Assembly (NCBI RefSeq): GCF_024521635.1
Contig: NW_026250439.1
Span: 124,001 to 188,000 of the forward strand
Direction: 5' to 3'
Source: Tricharina praecox
Taxonomy: Eukaryota
Length of the DNA stretch: 64,000 nt
Position numbers and translations under genes: made by a program. A model generated the notes under the pieces. That model did not search any database. It saw only the letters and a list, made by a program, of their open reading frames with translations, and was not told where the DNA came from. Of this stretch, positions 38,151 to 49,010 are shown one piece after another. Every line of letters begins with the position of its first letter. Position 1 is the stretch's first letter.

Positions 38151-38204
38151 ACCGCCAGGTCGCGGCGCACCCTGAGATCAGGGTGCACTTTGGTCGAGTA
38201 AACC

Positions 38205-39925
38205 CTGCCGGTCCGGCCGGCAACATCTGTTGGGGAGCTGCTGGGAGATCTCTCCGAGCAGCAGTTAAGAGTGGCGTCGCCGCCACCCCCAACGGGCCGG
38301 CAAAATCTTGCTCGAGCTGCTCGGAGGTCTCTCCGAGCAGCAGTCACGGGTGACGTCCCCGCCACCTTCATTGGGCCGGCAACATGTTGCCGGGCTGCTC
38401 GGAGATAACTCCGAATCGCAGTCAAAGGTGGCGAGGTGGGGTGGGCGGTTCGCGATCTGCGCGTCGCGCCGGCGCTTATGCTGATCGATAAGAAGTTCGG
38501 CCATCTGCGCCAGGCAGGCTGATGTGTTTCCGGAGAGATGCATCAAGGGATCGGTTGATGAAACACTCCTCGTCGAGTTGGCGGTCTCTGGCGGAAATTG
38601 GTTGTGGTAATTTAAGTAGAAAGCCACGTCGCGTGGAAGGTGAGCCGACTCTTGAGAATTGACCAGGCTATAGGTCGAAGCCGTCCGTCTTAGTGAGGCA
38701 GTGGGAGAGGTCGGATGAGTCGGTGTCGGTAGTAGTCAAAGGCGGCGTCGCCGCCGCCTTCAACGAGCCGGCAACATCGGTTGTCGGGGTGTGGCGTCAC
38801 CGCCACTCTCAACGGGCCGGCAACATCTGTTTGGCAGCCACCAGCAGCCGGTGCACCGACTGGTCCACATCCTCACCGACACGGTGCGGTGCGGTTCTTG
38901 TCGTTGGTGCACATCTCGCAAACCCACATGTTCGCGCTCCTCATCTCTCCGACACCAGGCCCGGCAACACAGCTAGCTGGTCGACTTGCTGCTGCAGCCT
39001 CCCCTAACAGCAACCAAAGGTGGCGTCGCCGACACCTCCAACGGGCCAGCAACATGGGTTGCTTGGCTTGAGAGGTCTCTCCGAGCAGTAGTCGAGGTCC
39101 AGCAACATCGGTTACCGGGCTGCTCGGGGTCACTCGGAGAAGCACTCGAAGTAGCGGGCCGGCAACATGTGTTGTCGGCCTGCTCGGAGGTCTCCCCGAG
39201 CAGGAGTCAAAGGCGGCGTCGCCGCCGCCTTCAACGGCCGCCAACGACGAGCCGGCAACACAGTAAGTTGGTTGACTTGCTGCTGAAGAAAGAATAAGAG
39301 TAGCGATTCCGCTTGATAACGGTGCTAGCCAAACGAACGGTGTCATGGGCGGGCCCAGCGACAAGATTGGTTCCTTCGAAGCGGTCTGCTGAATTGCTAG
39401 ACGAGACGGATACGGCGTCGTCCGGAGACAGTGGTTTGGAGGTAGCCTTTGGTTCCGCATCCATGCTTCCCCTCTTTCGAGTACCACCGACAGAGGCAAT
39501 GACTTCTCCACCTTTGTGCCACCGCACCCCGCGACCTTCCACGCGCCGGCAACAACGTTGCGCGGCTGCGCGGCTGCTTGGCTGCTCGGAGGTCTCTCCG
39601 AGCAGCAGTCGGTGGAACCAGCGTCAGCTGCACCGCCATCTTCAAGCGGCCGGCAACATTTGTCGACGCCCTGGTCGGAATCTGTGACTTCGACTAGCCT
39701 CAACGGGCCGGCAACATTAGTTGCTGGCCCCCCGAAGAGCAGCCAAGGTGGCAGTGCCGTTCTCCTGGCGTTCAACTTGCCGCCAACACGTGGTGTGTTG
39801 GGCTTTTCGCAGGTCTCTGCGAGCAGCAGCCCATGGGAGCTTCGGGTTCGGCATCGGCGCCGCCACAAGCGACTGTGGCTGCGAACTGCTCCGGTATGGT
39901 GTTCGGAGGTCTCTCCGGAACGCAA
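38205..39925. repeat. Array of degenerate ~79-nt units, each made of three adjacent hairpins
   Basis: GCCGGCAACA-like motif at about 13 sites (38215, 38294, 38373 spaced 79 nt); CTGCTCGGAG-GTCT-CTCCGAGCAG at ~38316 and ~39582 plus variants; AAGGCGGCG-TCGC-CGCCGCCTT at 38739 and 39210. Confidence 0.88.
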
Positions 39926-41252
39926 CAAGGTAGGCGGCTTTTTCATAGCCTTTGGCGCACACAGCAAAAATTGCTTGTGGAGAATGTAGTAGGCAGCCAC
40001 ATGATATTCGACGCTTCCATTCTGAAGAAAAGAATATCAGTATGGCTTGGCCATAAGTAGCGATGGTGGTAGGAATCACTTACGTGTTGGAGACGAATCT
40101 CCTTTTAGCAGCTGCACACTGCGGTGCAGTGGCCGGTGGGGTGTCAAAAAAACAAACTCCCACCGGCAACGGGTTGAAAGAAACCCCAGAAAACCTCCCT
40201 ATCGAAAAGGGGCCTCATCGCGGACAACAATGTATTGTTGACGGTAACCGCGACGGCGATGGTGTCGCCGACGGTATGCTTGATGTTGTCGACACGATCC
40301 TTGATGGTGTCGACGGGAGACTTGATGGTGTCTTCTCCGGTTTTCGTGATGTCCCCTGCAGTCGGTGCTGCTTGGTTGCCGCACCGGCAGGAGCGGCAAA
40401 CATTGCCTAGGGGTAGGCGGAGCTCCACAATGTCAGTGGAATGGCTTCTGAAGAAAATAATATTAGTATCTATGACTAGGCTATGAGCAGAGAAGACGGG
40501 AGTAATCACTTACGCAGCCTTGGTGGTCTTCATGTTGGCATGAACCGGCGCCCGCACCAGATTCCCGCACCAGAATTCCTTGCCCCCGCGACACAAATCT
40601 TTTGCATGTTAGTAGCCACACTGAAGGAGGAGGTGTTATCCTACACACGATCCCTTGAGACCAAGCTCTTTTCGAATCGAAAGCAAAGTGCGGGACTATT
40701 GCAAGTCAGTACTATAAACACGATGAAGGAGATTGGGATTATCTTACACTCGAGAATGACCAAGTGATCTTGGATATTTGTGATATTAGAAGTGAAGAGA
40801 GAAAGTGAAGAGAAGAAGAGAAGAAGTGGAGGACGAAGAGGTTGAATTTATAACAAAATCTACGCCAGAACACACGGACCACCACGGCAGGCGAGCCCTA
40901 AGTCTACGTTTGCGACTCCGCTGGGGATAACCCTCTTCGCAATCGCAATTCAAAATTGAAATGTGTGAGAAGTGGGCAGGTTATACCCCATGAACCGCCT
41001 CGTAGATTCACTCACTATCTTGCACTCGCTTTGAAGTTGTCTCCCGGGTGCTGGTAATTACAGATCCTGGTCATCCATTGCAGCAACCCCCACTGCAACC
41101 CCCCGCTCTCACCTTCACCATAGACACGGTTGCTTTGAATCAATGCAAAAGAAGTCACCGTCGCATCGCCTCGGCCGCTGCCGCTTCACAGGTTAACTGC
41201 CGAGTCCCGACCGGCAGGCTCCGAAATCCCGACCGGCAGGCTCCGAAATCCC

Positions 41253-41492
41253 GGGCCGTATCCACCTACCTCTAAGTGTTAGACCTCTACAGTCTATATA
41301 GAGTCTACGACACAGGCACGCACAACCTCCCGCACCACCTCCGCAGTAATAAACATAGAGTGTATAGTATCGTCGTGTATGTTTGGTCTAACACTTAGAG
41401 GTAGGTGTATACGGGCCGACTAGACCTCCAAGTGTTAGACCAACCGGCATATATCGGCCCGTGTACACCTACCTCTAAGTGTTAGATCAACC
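41253..41492. repeat. MITE-like inverted repeat with extra copies
   Basis: CACCTACCTCTAAGTGTTAGACC (41263-41285) perfectly inverted at 41385-41407; further direct copies at ~41424 and ~41465. Confidence 0.8.
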
Positions 41493-41782
41493 GGGTGGTG
41501 GAAGGCAGCCGTCAGCCGATAGTACATCACGAGCTCGATTATCACGGGCCCACGGCGTACATCAATCCGCTCCTCCCGGAGTGCCCTCTCCGCATATCCC
41601 TTTTCCGGCTCTTCTAGACACTCTGCAGAATCAGAGACAGCCAGAGGTACTGGAAGTTCACACTGCACAGTACATGAGAGATATTTCTGGTATTTGTGCT
41701 ACGTATATTCGAGCCACCTATATTCGATATGATATACAGTACAATACTACAATACTACAATCAAAAACAAAGAATCCAAACT

Positions 41783-42099
41783 CCGCCGAGGTGTATCAGT
41801 GAATCCTCAAAGTGTACAAGCAAAAAAAAAACAGAGACAGAGATCAACGCCCGCCGAGGTGTATGAGTGAATCATGCCTGCCGCCCCGCCGCCCCGCCGC
41901 CAATCAATACAACACTACAATCAAAAAGTCAAAACAAAGTCCAAACTCCGCCGAGGTGTATGAGTGAATCCCCCAAGTGTACAGACAAAAAACAAAAACA
42001 AAAACAAAACTCCCGCCGAGGTGTATGAGTGAATCCCGCCTGCCCGCCTGCCCGCCTATAAAACAAAAACCAACGCCCGCCGAGGTGTATCAGTGAATC
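41783..42099. repeat. Five copies of a 23-nt motif with variable spacers
   Basis: CCGCCGAGGTGTATSAGTGAATC at 41783, 41851, 41948, 42013, 42077. Confidence 0.95.
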
Positions 42100-42142
42100 C
42101 CACATCCCCCCATCCCCCCATCCCCCCATCCCCCCAGCCAGC

Positions 42143-43531
42143 CTAGAACCCAACCCTCCTCCTCAACTCCCCCACCACAGCCTTGTAATTCTCCCCACTC
42201 CTGCCAACAGCGTCCTTATTCTCCTCGGCCCTCCTCAGCAAATACTTAACGCACTCGCCGGTAGTCCCCCAGACGGCATACTTCAGCACCGGTGCTCTGC
42301 CGACCAGGCTCAAGCTGAGCTCATCCGCCATCCCCATGAGCTGGGCGAAGACCAGCAATCCCCTCCCTCCCTTCCCCTGTGCGTCGACGTCAGCCCGCAA
42401 CTTGAGCGCGCACTCGACACTGCGGCGATTATGCGACGCCACCACGGTATCCACACCCTTCCTCATCAGCTGCTCCAGCGCCGCATCATACGCATGATCC
42501 GTCTCCGCCTTTGTGCCCCACATCCCCGCGCGCGGATCACTACCCAAATACGCGCCGCGCACGAGTTTAACACCGAGCCGCCACCCCTCCCGCTCCGCCA
42601 GCGCCACATGCGCAGCTAGCACTCCCGGCGCCCGCCGCAGGTACATCTGGTAGGTATTGAACACCACGGCAGCACCGGTGGGGGAGGTGTTGTACCGCCG
42701 CATCATCCCCACCGCCCACGCGTCGACGCCGCGCTGCAGCGCCGCGTGCTCCGCGTCGATCAGCAGCGCGATGCCGCGCGCGCGCGCGGCGGCGCAGATG
42801 GTATCTAGAGCTGTTGCGAGCGCGGGGATGGTCGTGCATGGTTGGGAGGAGGAGAGTAGTGGCAGGATCGATGGCCCGGCGCCGCTGAATTTTAGGGCTA
42901 CGAAGTCCCCGGGCGTGCTGAGGGATATGGTGGTGAGCGTGCCCGAAAGCCAGGAGGCTATGTCGGCGGAGGTGCTGGTGGGCGAGGGGGAGGAGGGTGA
43001 GGAGACCTCGCGGGCGTACGCGAGGATTAACCCGCTGTAGCCTAGCGACCGTAGCGAGGAGACAGTGCGGCTTATCTCTGTTGGGGTGGAGCCGGCGCAG
43101 AAGTGGGCCTGTAGGACGGGGGTTCAGTACTTATTCACTCACTCACTCACTCGCTGGGATAGTGGGGGGGAGGGGGGAAATACGTAGAACGTCTTATCAA
43201 CCACCCACTTCAGCGGCGGAATGCGGTCGATATTGTCTGCGGTGGCGAGCATGACCTTCGTGCCGAGCGCGAGGAGCGTGGGCGAGCTGGTAATCGTGTG
43301 CAGCAGCAGGGAGCGCACCAGCGAGGCGGTCGGTAGGCGTGCGAGTGGGCCGGTATCGCGCGAGGTGGGCGGTGGCGGTGGAGTCGCTGCTGTGGGGAGC
43401 GAGTGCGAGTGCATGGAGGAGACGGTTGATTGGAATCTAGACGGAGAGCACAGTAGCGGTGCGGGTATGCACACTCGAGACGGGACGGCGAGACGGCGGG
43501 CGGTGTGCCAGAGGGCGTGTGCTGTTGCCAT
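42143..43531 (-). CDS. PUT1: Mitochondrial proline dehydrogenase (Put1/PrnD)
   Basis: Presequence-like N-terminus; KTFY|AHFCAG across intron 43109-43183; FVALKFSG, LLIDAE, NTYQMYL, GVKLVRGAY, ASHN, FAQLMGMADELS, KYLLRRAEEN. Confidence 0.96.
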
Positions 43532-43835
43532 CGTAGCCAGGGTAGGTATGGAAGCTCGCAGGTAGGTACTCGTGGTAGGTACTCGTGGTATGTAATCTCG
43601 TCCAGTATATCTCTATTTCCAATCGTGTGCTGTTATACCTCAGTCGTGTGCTCAAGAGGTTCTTAAAGGTGTTCTTACAATCAGTTCTTATAAGAGAATG
43701 AAGGAGGAGGCGGGGAGTTTATAGTAGGTGTTTAGATTCCAGGAGCCAGCCGGCCCTTGAAAGGATAGCTCAAGCTCTGACGTCCCTTGACGTAGTGCAG
43801 GGTAGATGGATGGCCATCGTGATCTCTCAACTCCC

Positions 43836-44072
43836 GCTTATCAGCGGCATCGCATCCTCATCCCCCGGCCCCTCCCTCACCCCCTGGACACTCCCATCCC
43901 CCGGTCCCGGCCCCCTCCTCCTCCCTCCCCCTCCCTAGATAAGGTCCAGATAGCGCCCTGGCCCTCCGGAGGAGCACGCCCGCAGCACTCACTGGGTCAG
44001 ATTAGAGACCGTCGCAGTCGGCAATTAAGTACGGAATGGAGAATGAAGGCGGGGGTCGGTGAGATAGATAGA
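43836..44072. promoter_or_regulatory. Cluster of HGATAR (AreA/GATA-type) sites upstream of proline dehydrogenase
   Basis: CTTATCA 43837, AGATAA 43937, AGATAG 43948 and two overlapping AGATAG at ~44062-44071; consistent with nitrogen control of proline catabolism, but the motif is short. Confidence 0.35.
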
Positions 44073-44468
44073 GAAACATGTGCACTCAATCGCGGTCTCT
44101 CGGTCTCTCGCTCTCAATGAGCTTTGACCAATTCCGAGCAAGAAGAGGATGTCATCCCCCGGATCTGATTCATCACAGTCTATTTCAACTCAACTCATAA
44201 CCCCAAAAACGGGAACCCAGAGATCCCTCAAAATGACGAGTAGGTACAGCAGCAGCAAGCAGCACACTCAAAAATCAATATCCAATGCTCTCCAAAGCTT
44301 TCAAGAAAGAGACAAGCAAGTATCATAAGCATAGAGCAATGTAGAGTAGGTATAATCAAAAAAGGCCATCAATCATTAACCCCCGTCGCTTCCCGTCGCG
44401 TCGCTTTCCCATACCATGCCTTACCATGCCTCGCCGCCCTGCCTCCGCCCTGCCTCCCCCCCTGCCTC

Positions 44469-46374
44469 CTACGGATAATAAACCCCCGCACTCTTCCTGT
44501 ACGCGCCCGGTCCCGGTCCTGGCGCGGGGGCATGGGCATGTATGTAAGCATGTTCCTTCCTCTCATGCTCTCGTTCCTTCTCGCGTTCCTTCTCGCGTCT
44601 GCGGCGTCTCCGCTTCTCATCGTCCTTCTCCCTGCGCCGCTCCTCCTCCTGAGCGGCGAGGACATCGTCGTCGGCGTAGTACTGGTCCGCGTGCGGGTGC
44701 GGGGGCTGCTCGTACTCGTTCTCGACGTAGACGCGAGAGCGCGACTTGCCGGTGTTGGGGAGTGCGCCTAGCGGCGCCCGCGAGACCGGCGAGCAGCTGC
44801 GGTGCCGCAGGAAGCGGCTGCGGAGGTCGTCTTCCGTCGGTTGCGGCGTGGGCGAGTGGTAGTGCATGCCCGGCACGCTGTGGAAGGCGTGCAGGTGGGA
44901 TTCTGAGGGGCGGATGTAGGTGGCGGGGGGCTCGAGGGTGGTCGCGATGGGCACGTAGGGATCGATGACGACCGGATCGCGGTCGGGCGTGTACACGTAG
45001 CCGGCTTTGAGGTACTCGCGCGAGGGCTGGCGACTGCGGCTGTGGCTCTGCGAGCTGAAGCCGTGGCGGTGTTGCGAGCGGCTGTGGCTCGTGCGCCGCG
45101 AGTGGCGCGACGCGTAGAGGTCTTCTTCGATGTCGCTCGTGACGGGGGTTTCGACGACCGTGTGCCCGTATGCCTCTGGGTGGGAGTAGGAGTGGTGGTG
45201 TCGATGTCCCCGACCTGAGGAGCGATACGCCGAGCGGCCGTGGTGATCGTGGTGGTCATGCGCGGCCGGCGCACTCCGAGAGTAGTCCAATGGCTCCTCG
45301 TATGCCGTGTGGCGATGCCGATGCTTCCGTCTCGGACGATACGCCCAGTCCTCCTCTTCGCTTTCTATCGGTATGCCAGTCGAGATGTTGGCCGGTTCCG
45401 GTTGTACGGCCGCCTTCGCGCGCTCCTCGAGCTCGCGCTTCTTCTTCTCGGCGTTCTTGAGCGCGAATGCTTCGTTGTGCCATCGCTCCGTTTCTACGTC
45501 TGTGTATCGCGGGAACGCCTCGGCTGGGATCTCGCGCGGGAAGGGCTCGCCTGTTTCCGGATCGCGGAGCATAAAGTTCCGCACCGCCTCCTGGATGTAC
45601 GGAACGTGCTCTTCCGGATCGAGAAGCAGCTGTATCGTCTGCCAACACGCGAAGCCCCGCTGGCTCAGGGCCGGGATCGAGGGAGGAATGAAGTCATCGC
45701 CGGGTACGGGCTGAAGAGAGTGTGCACAGCCCAAGGTCGAGTAGATGTCGGACAGTTTCGCAGCCGGGGTACCGAGGAACAGCTCTACAAACCCCTCGTC
45801 GTCAGTTCGAACGAACGAAACGAAAGAGAAAAGAGAAAAAGAGGCGAAAGTAAAAATAACCCACCATCAAGATCCCCTCCAACCTCTTTATAAAAAGCCG
45901 CAAGTTTCGCCGGCGTGAGCGTCCGGATCTCTTTTGGCGCCATGTTCTCGATCTGGATTACGTTTCCCCACAATTTAGCCCCCGCTGTAACGATAGCGAG
46001 CACCCCCCGCATTCCCCCCTCCCGCGCCGCGCAGCCCAGTGTCCAAAACCCAGGAGTCGATAAAAAGAGAGAAAAAGAGAACTCACGACATAATCCGCAA
46101 TAGCACCGAGCAGCCTCCTAAACAGCGGTGTGGGCTGCGTCGGCTGATCGCGCGAGATGAGGTACCCCCAGAACTCCCGCGGCGACTTCTCGGGCACGCG
46201 GGACGAAGTTCTTGGCGGCTTCTCGCGCTCCCGATCAGCCTTCACGCCGCCGCCCGGAAACCGCTGTGGCGACGGGTGCCGCGACGCCGGGTGTGATGCC
46301 GTCCCTCCCCCTCCTCCGCCTCCTCCTACTCGGTCCCGCTCCGGCGACGCATCGCGCCGGTTGTTGTAGCCTAT
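44469..46374 (-). CDS. Conserved fungal hypothetical protein (recalled as DUF7514-like) with long His/Arg/Ser-rich tail; start uncertain
   Basis: FWGYLI...PTPLFRRLLGAIADYV|IENMAPKEIRTLTPAKLAAFYKEVGGDLD|ELF...IYSTLGCAHSLQP...PSIPALSQRGFACWQTIQLLLDPEEHVPYIQEAV; introns 45953-46086 and 45785-45864. Confidence 0.85.
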
Positions 46375-46794
46375 CGGTACGAGATCCAGCTTGACGGTTG
46401 TGCGGGGTGAAACGGGGATGGGGTTGCGGGGCTGGCGAGCTGCGATGTGACGAGAGGTGCTGCGAGAGGTCTTTGCGAGTAGGTTACGCAGCGTCTGTCG
46501 TCGTAAATAATCGTCGTCGCCTTTGTCGTCGGCGTTCGAAAGGGGGTGTGTGTGGGGGTGGAGAGCGATTTGATCTCGTGAGAGTAGATGGGTGCCGAGT
46601 ATGCAGATTGAACGAAGCGTTGGGTTGTGTTAAGTGTTGAGTGTTGAGTGTTGAGTGTTGGGTTGAGTGTCGAGTGTCGGAAGATGATGAGTCTGTCGGA
46701 CAGTCTGCAGGACGAAAACTGGCGGAGTTGGCGGCGGTAAAAATCGAATGCTGCTGCTGCTGCTGTTGTGGTGCTGAGCTGTGCTGTGCTGTGC

Positions 46795-46906
46795 TTGCTG
46801 GCTGGCTGGCTGGCTGGCTGGTTTGGTTGCTGGTTGCTGGTTGCTGGTTGCTGGTTGCTGGTTGCTGGTTGCTGGTTGCTGGTTGCTGGTTGCTGGTCGC
46901 TGGTTG
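46795..46906. repeat. Microsatellites (GCTG)n and (TGGTTGC)n
   Basis: Directly visible; about 11 heptamer copies. Confidence 0.95.
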
Positions 46907-48564
46907 CCTGCAGGTTCCAATAGGTAGAGATCGACTCGCCGACTTCGCTTTACATACATGCTCTGCTCGACTTTTCCAGGGCCTTCTTCCGCCCGAATGA
47001 GCGAACGACGACGATGATCCCTCGTGCATATGGTAATATAAAGTGGGAGGCCTTCCCCCGTCAGACCAGATCAGATCAAGGTGGAGTAATGGAGTAAAGT
47101 AATGATGAAGTATACTTCGAGCCGTGTACTTCTATCGCGCCCTCTTTTCCCGTGATGTCCTTTCCCCTTTCTCCTCCTTTCTCCATCGCCATCGCCATTC
47201 GTCGCTGGTCCAGGAGCAGCGCAGACTCAGCAGAGTGCTTTGGATGGGGATGCTGACCAGTGAGCGACCACGTCAGATGCATCTACCTACTCTAGTACGG
47301 CATGGGGAAGGTGCAAGTACTGTATCTAAAGTACTGTACAATTTGCCCGTCACCTCCAACGAGCGCAGTGATGGGCTGAGCTGAGCAGAGCGATGAGGGG
47401 GCTCGCGCAGTGCAGCGACTCGCGACTCGCGAGCTCTCGTAGATAGAGTAATTCCGCAGCCGACTTCCTACACTCCTCACTCCCCACTCCTCCCTCCTCA
47501 CTCCCCACTCCCCACTCCTCCCTCCTCACGATAGCCCTGTCCGATTAACCGTCGCCAGCCTCGATGTCGAAAGTCGATCCTCCTCCCCCCCCCACCCCCC
47601 CCCCCCCCCCCCCTACACCCCACCCCGGCCCGAGCCGGACAGGGTTACATAACAGGGCCCAACTTTCCATGCGAAGTCACAACGTGGCACTCGGGCTTGG
47701 CTGACGTAACCATCGGACGTAACCATCTTTCTCTCTGTACCTGCTGGGATTCGTGAATCGCAGACATCGAACGCCGCAGAACTCGTGGCGCGGGAGCCGG
47801 GGGCGGAAGTAGAGTACGTATGCTTCGAGTCGAGTACTGCATATTCGGTCTTGCGTTCTCTTGGGCTTCGGCTGGGGTTGTTCGCACGGTCTTGCGTTCT
47901 CTTGGGCTTCGGCTGGGGTTGTTCGCACGGTCATTCGCTGGAGTTTTCGCAACACCCCGCAGTGTGAAACAGTAGATGCGGCACGGCATGGTGATGCATC
48001 ATGTTTGGACGAATGAGAGAGAGTGGTGGGGAGGTGGGGAGGTGGGGATGTGGACTCTGAAGGTGTGGAGTTGTGGACTACTTATCGCTGTCTTCGTAGT
48101 CGTAGTCGTCGTCGTAGTTGTTTGAGACGAACAACAGCGACGTCGGTGGTGCGTGGTGTGTGGGGCGTGGTGTGAACTATGGCTGTAAGCCTGTAACTAT
48201 CTGTATGCATAGTCGTCTGAGACGGGAAACAGCGACGGCAGCGACGGCAGCGACGGTGGTGGTGGGTGGATGTCGGTATGTAGAGTATCGACCCGACGTG
48301 ACGGTTGAGAACTTGAAACTTCAGAGACCGTAAGGCGTAACGGTTAACCTCCCAAGTTCCAACAACACAGAGTTTCGTCCCATGATTCCATGGTTCCATG
48401 GTTCCATGAGAGCACTTGCCCACTGGTCACTGGACGACGATACGCACTCTCGGCGGCTCCAGTTGTCTACATACATAGAACCGCAGAAAGATGGAGACTC
48501 ATGGTCGTAGTCGCGGGACTCGGGAGAGGTAACGTCGGCGTCAATGGGATACCAATGGAGTGTC

Positions 48565-49010
48565 CAAGCCCATCACACCCATCGCTCGCCCCGCCGCATC
48601 CCTACCTCCCGTTGCGCACGCGCCTGAGTATCCCATACATGCACCCAGTACGGTACATACCATTCCCGGAGGCCGGAGGCTGGAGGCTTGAGCTCATGTC
48701 ACGATGGCCTCGTAAGCCTCGTAATCCACGCCACGCCACGCCACGCCACGCCACATCGCAATCATGCGCGCTATTTGCAGTCATAGTCGTGGGGGAGACG
48801 ATTGTGGCGTCAATATGGCACCAATGTGCGCTCCTCCCCCGTGCCAGACCCCGAGCCCATCACAGCCATCATACCTATCCATCACTCGCCCCGCCGCATT
48901 CTGGCCTCCCGTTGCGCACGCGCCTGAGCATACCCAGTACGGTACATACATACCATTCCTGGAGCTCAGGTGATGGCCTCGTAACCCACGCCCCATCGCA
49001 ATCAAGCGCG
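48565..49010. repeat. Imperfect direct duplication (~300 bp period)
   Basis: CCATC.CTCGCCCCGCCGCAT...CCTCCCGTTGCGCACGCGCCTGAG.AT at ~48579 and ~48879. Confidence 0.8.

Noticed and set aside
38873..40000. 375-aa ORF as an intact gene
   Set aside because: The repeat peptide switches frame within it; likely a by-product of GC-rich palindromic repeats.
41783..42099. CRISPR array
   Set aside because: Eukaryotic context, no cas genes, spacers are low-complexity, uneven and related to each other.
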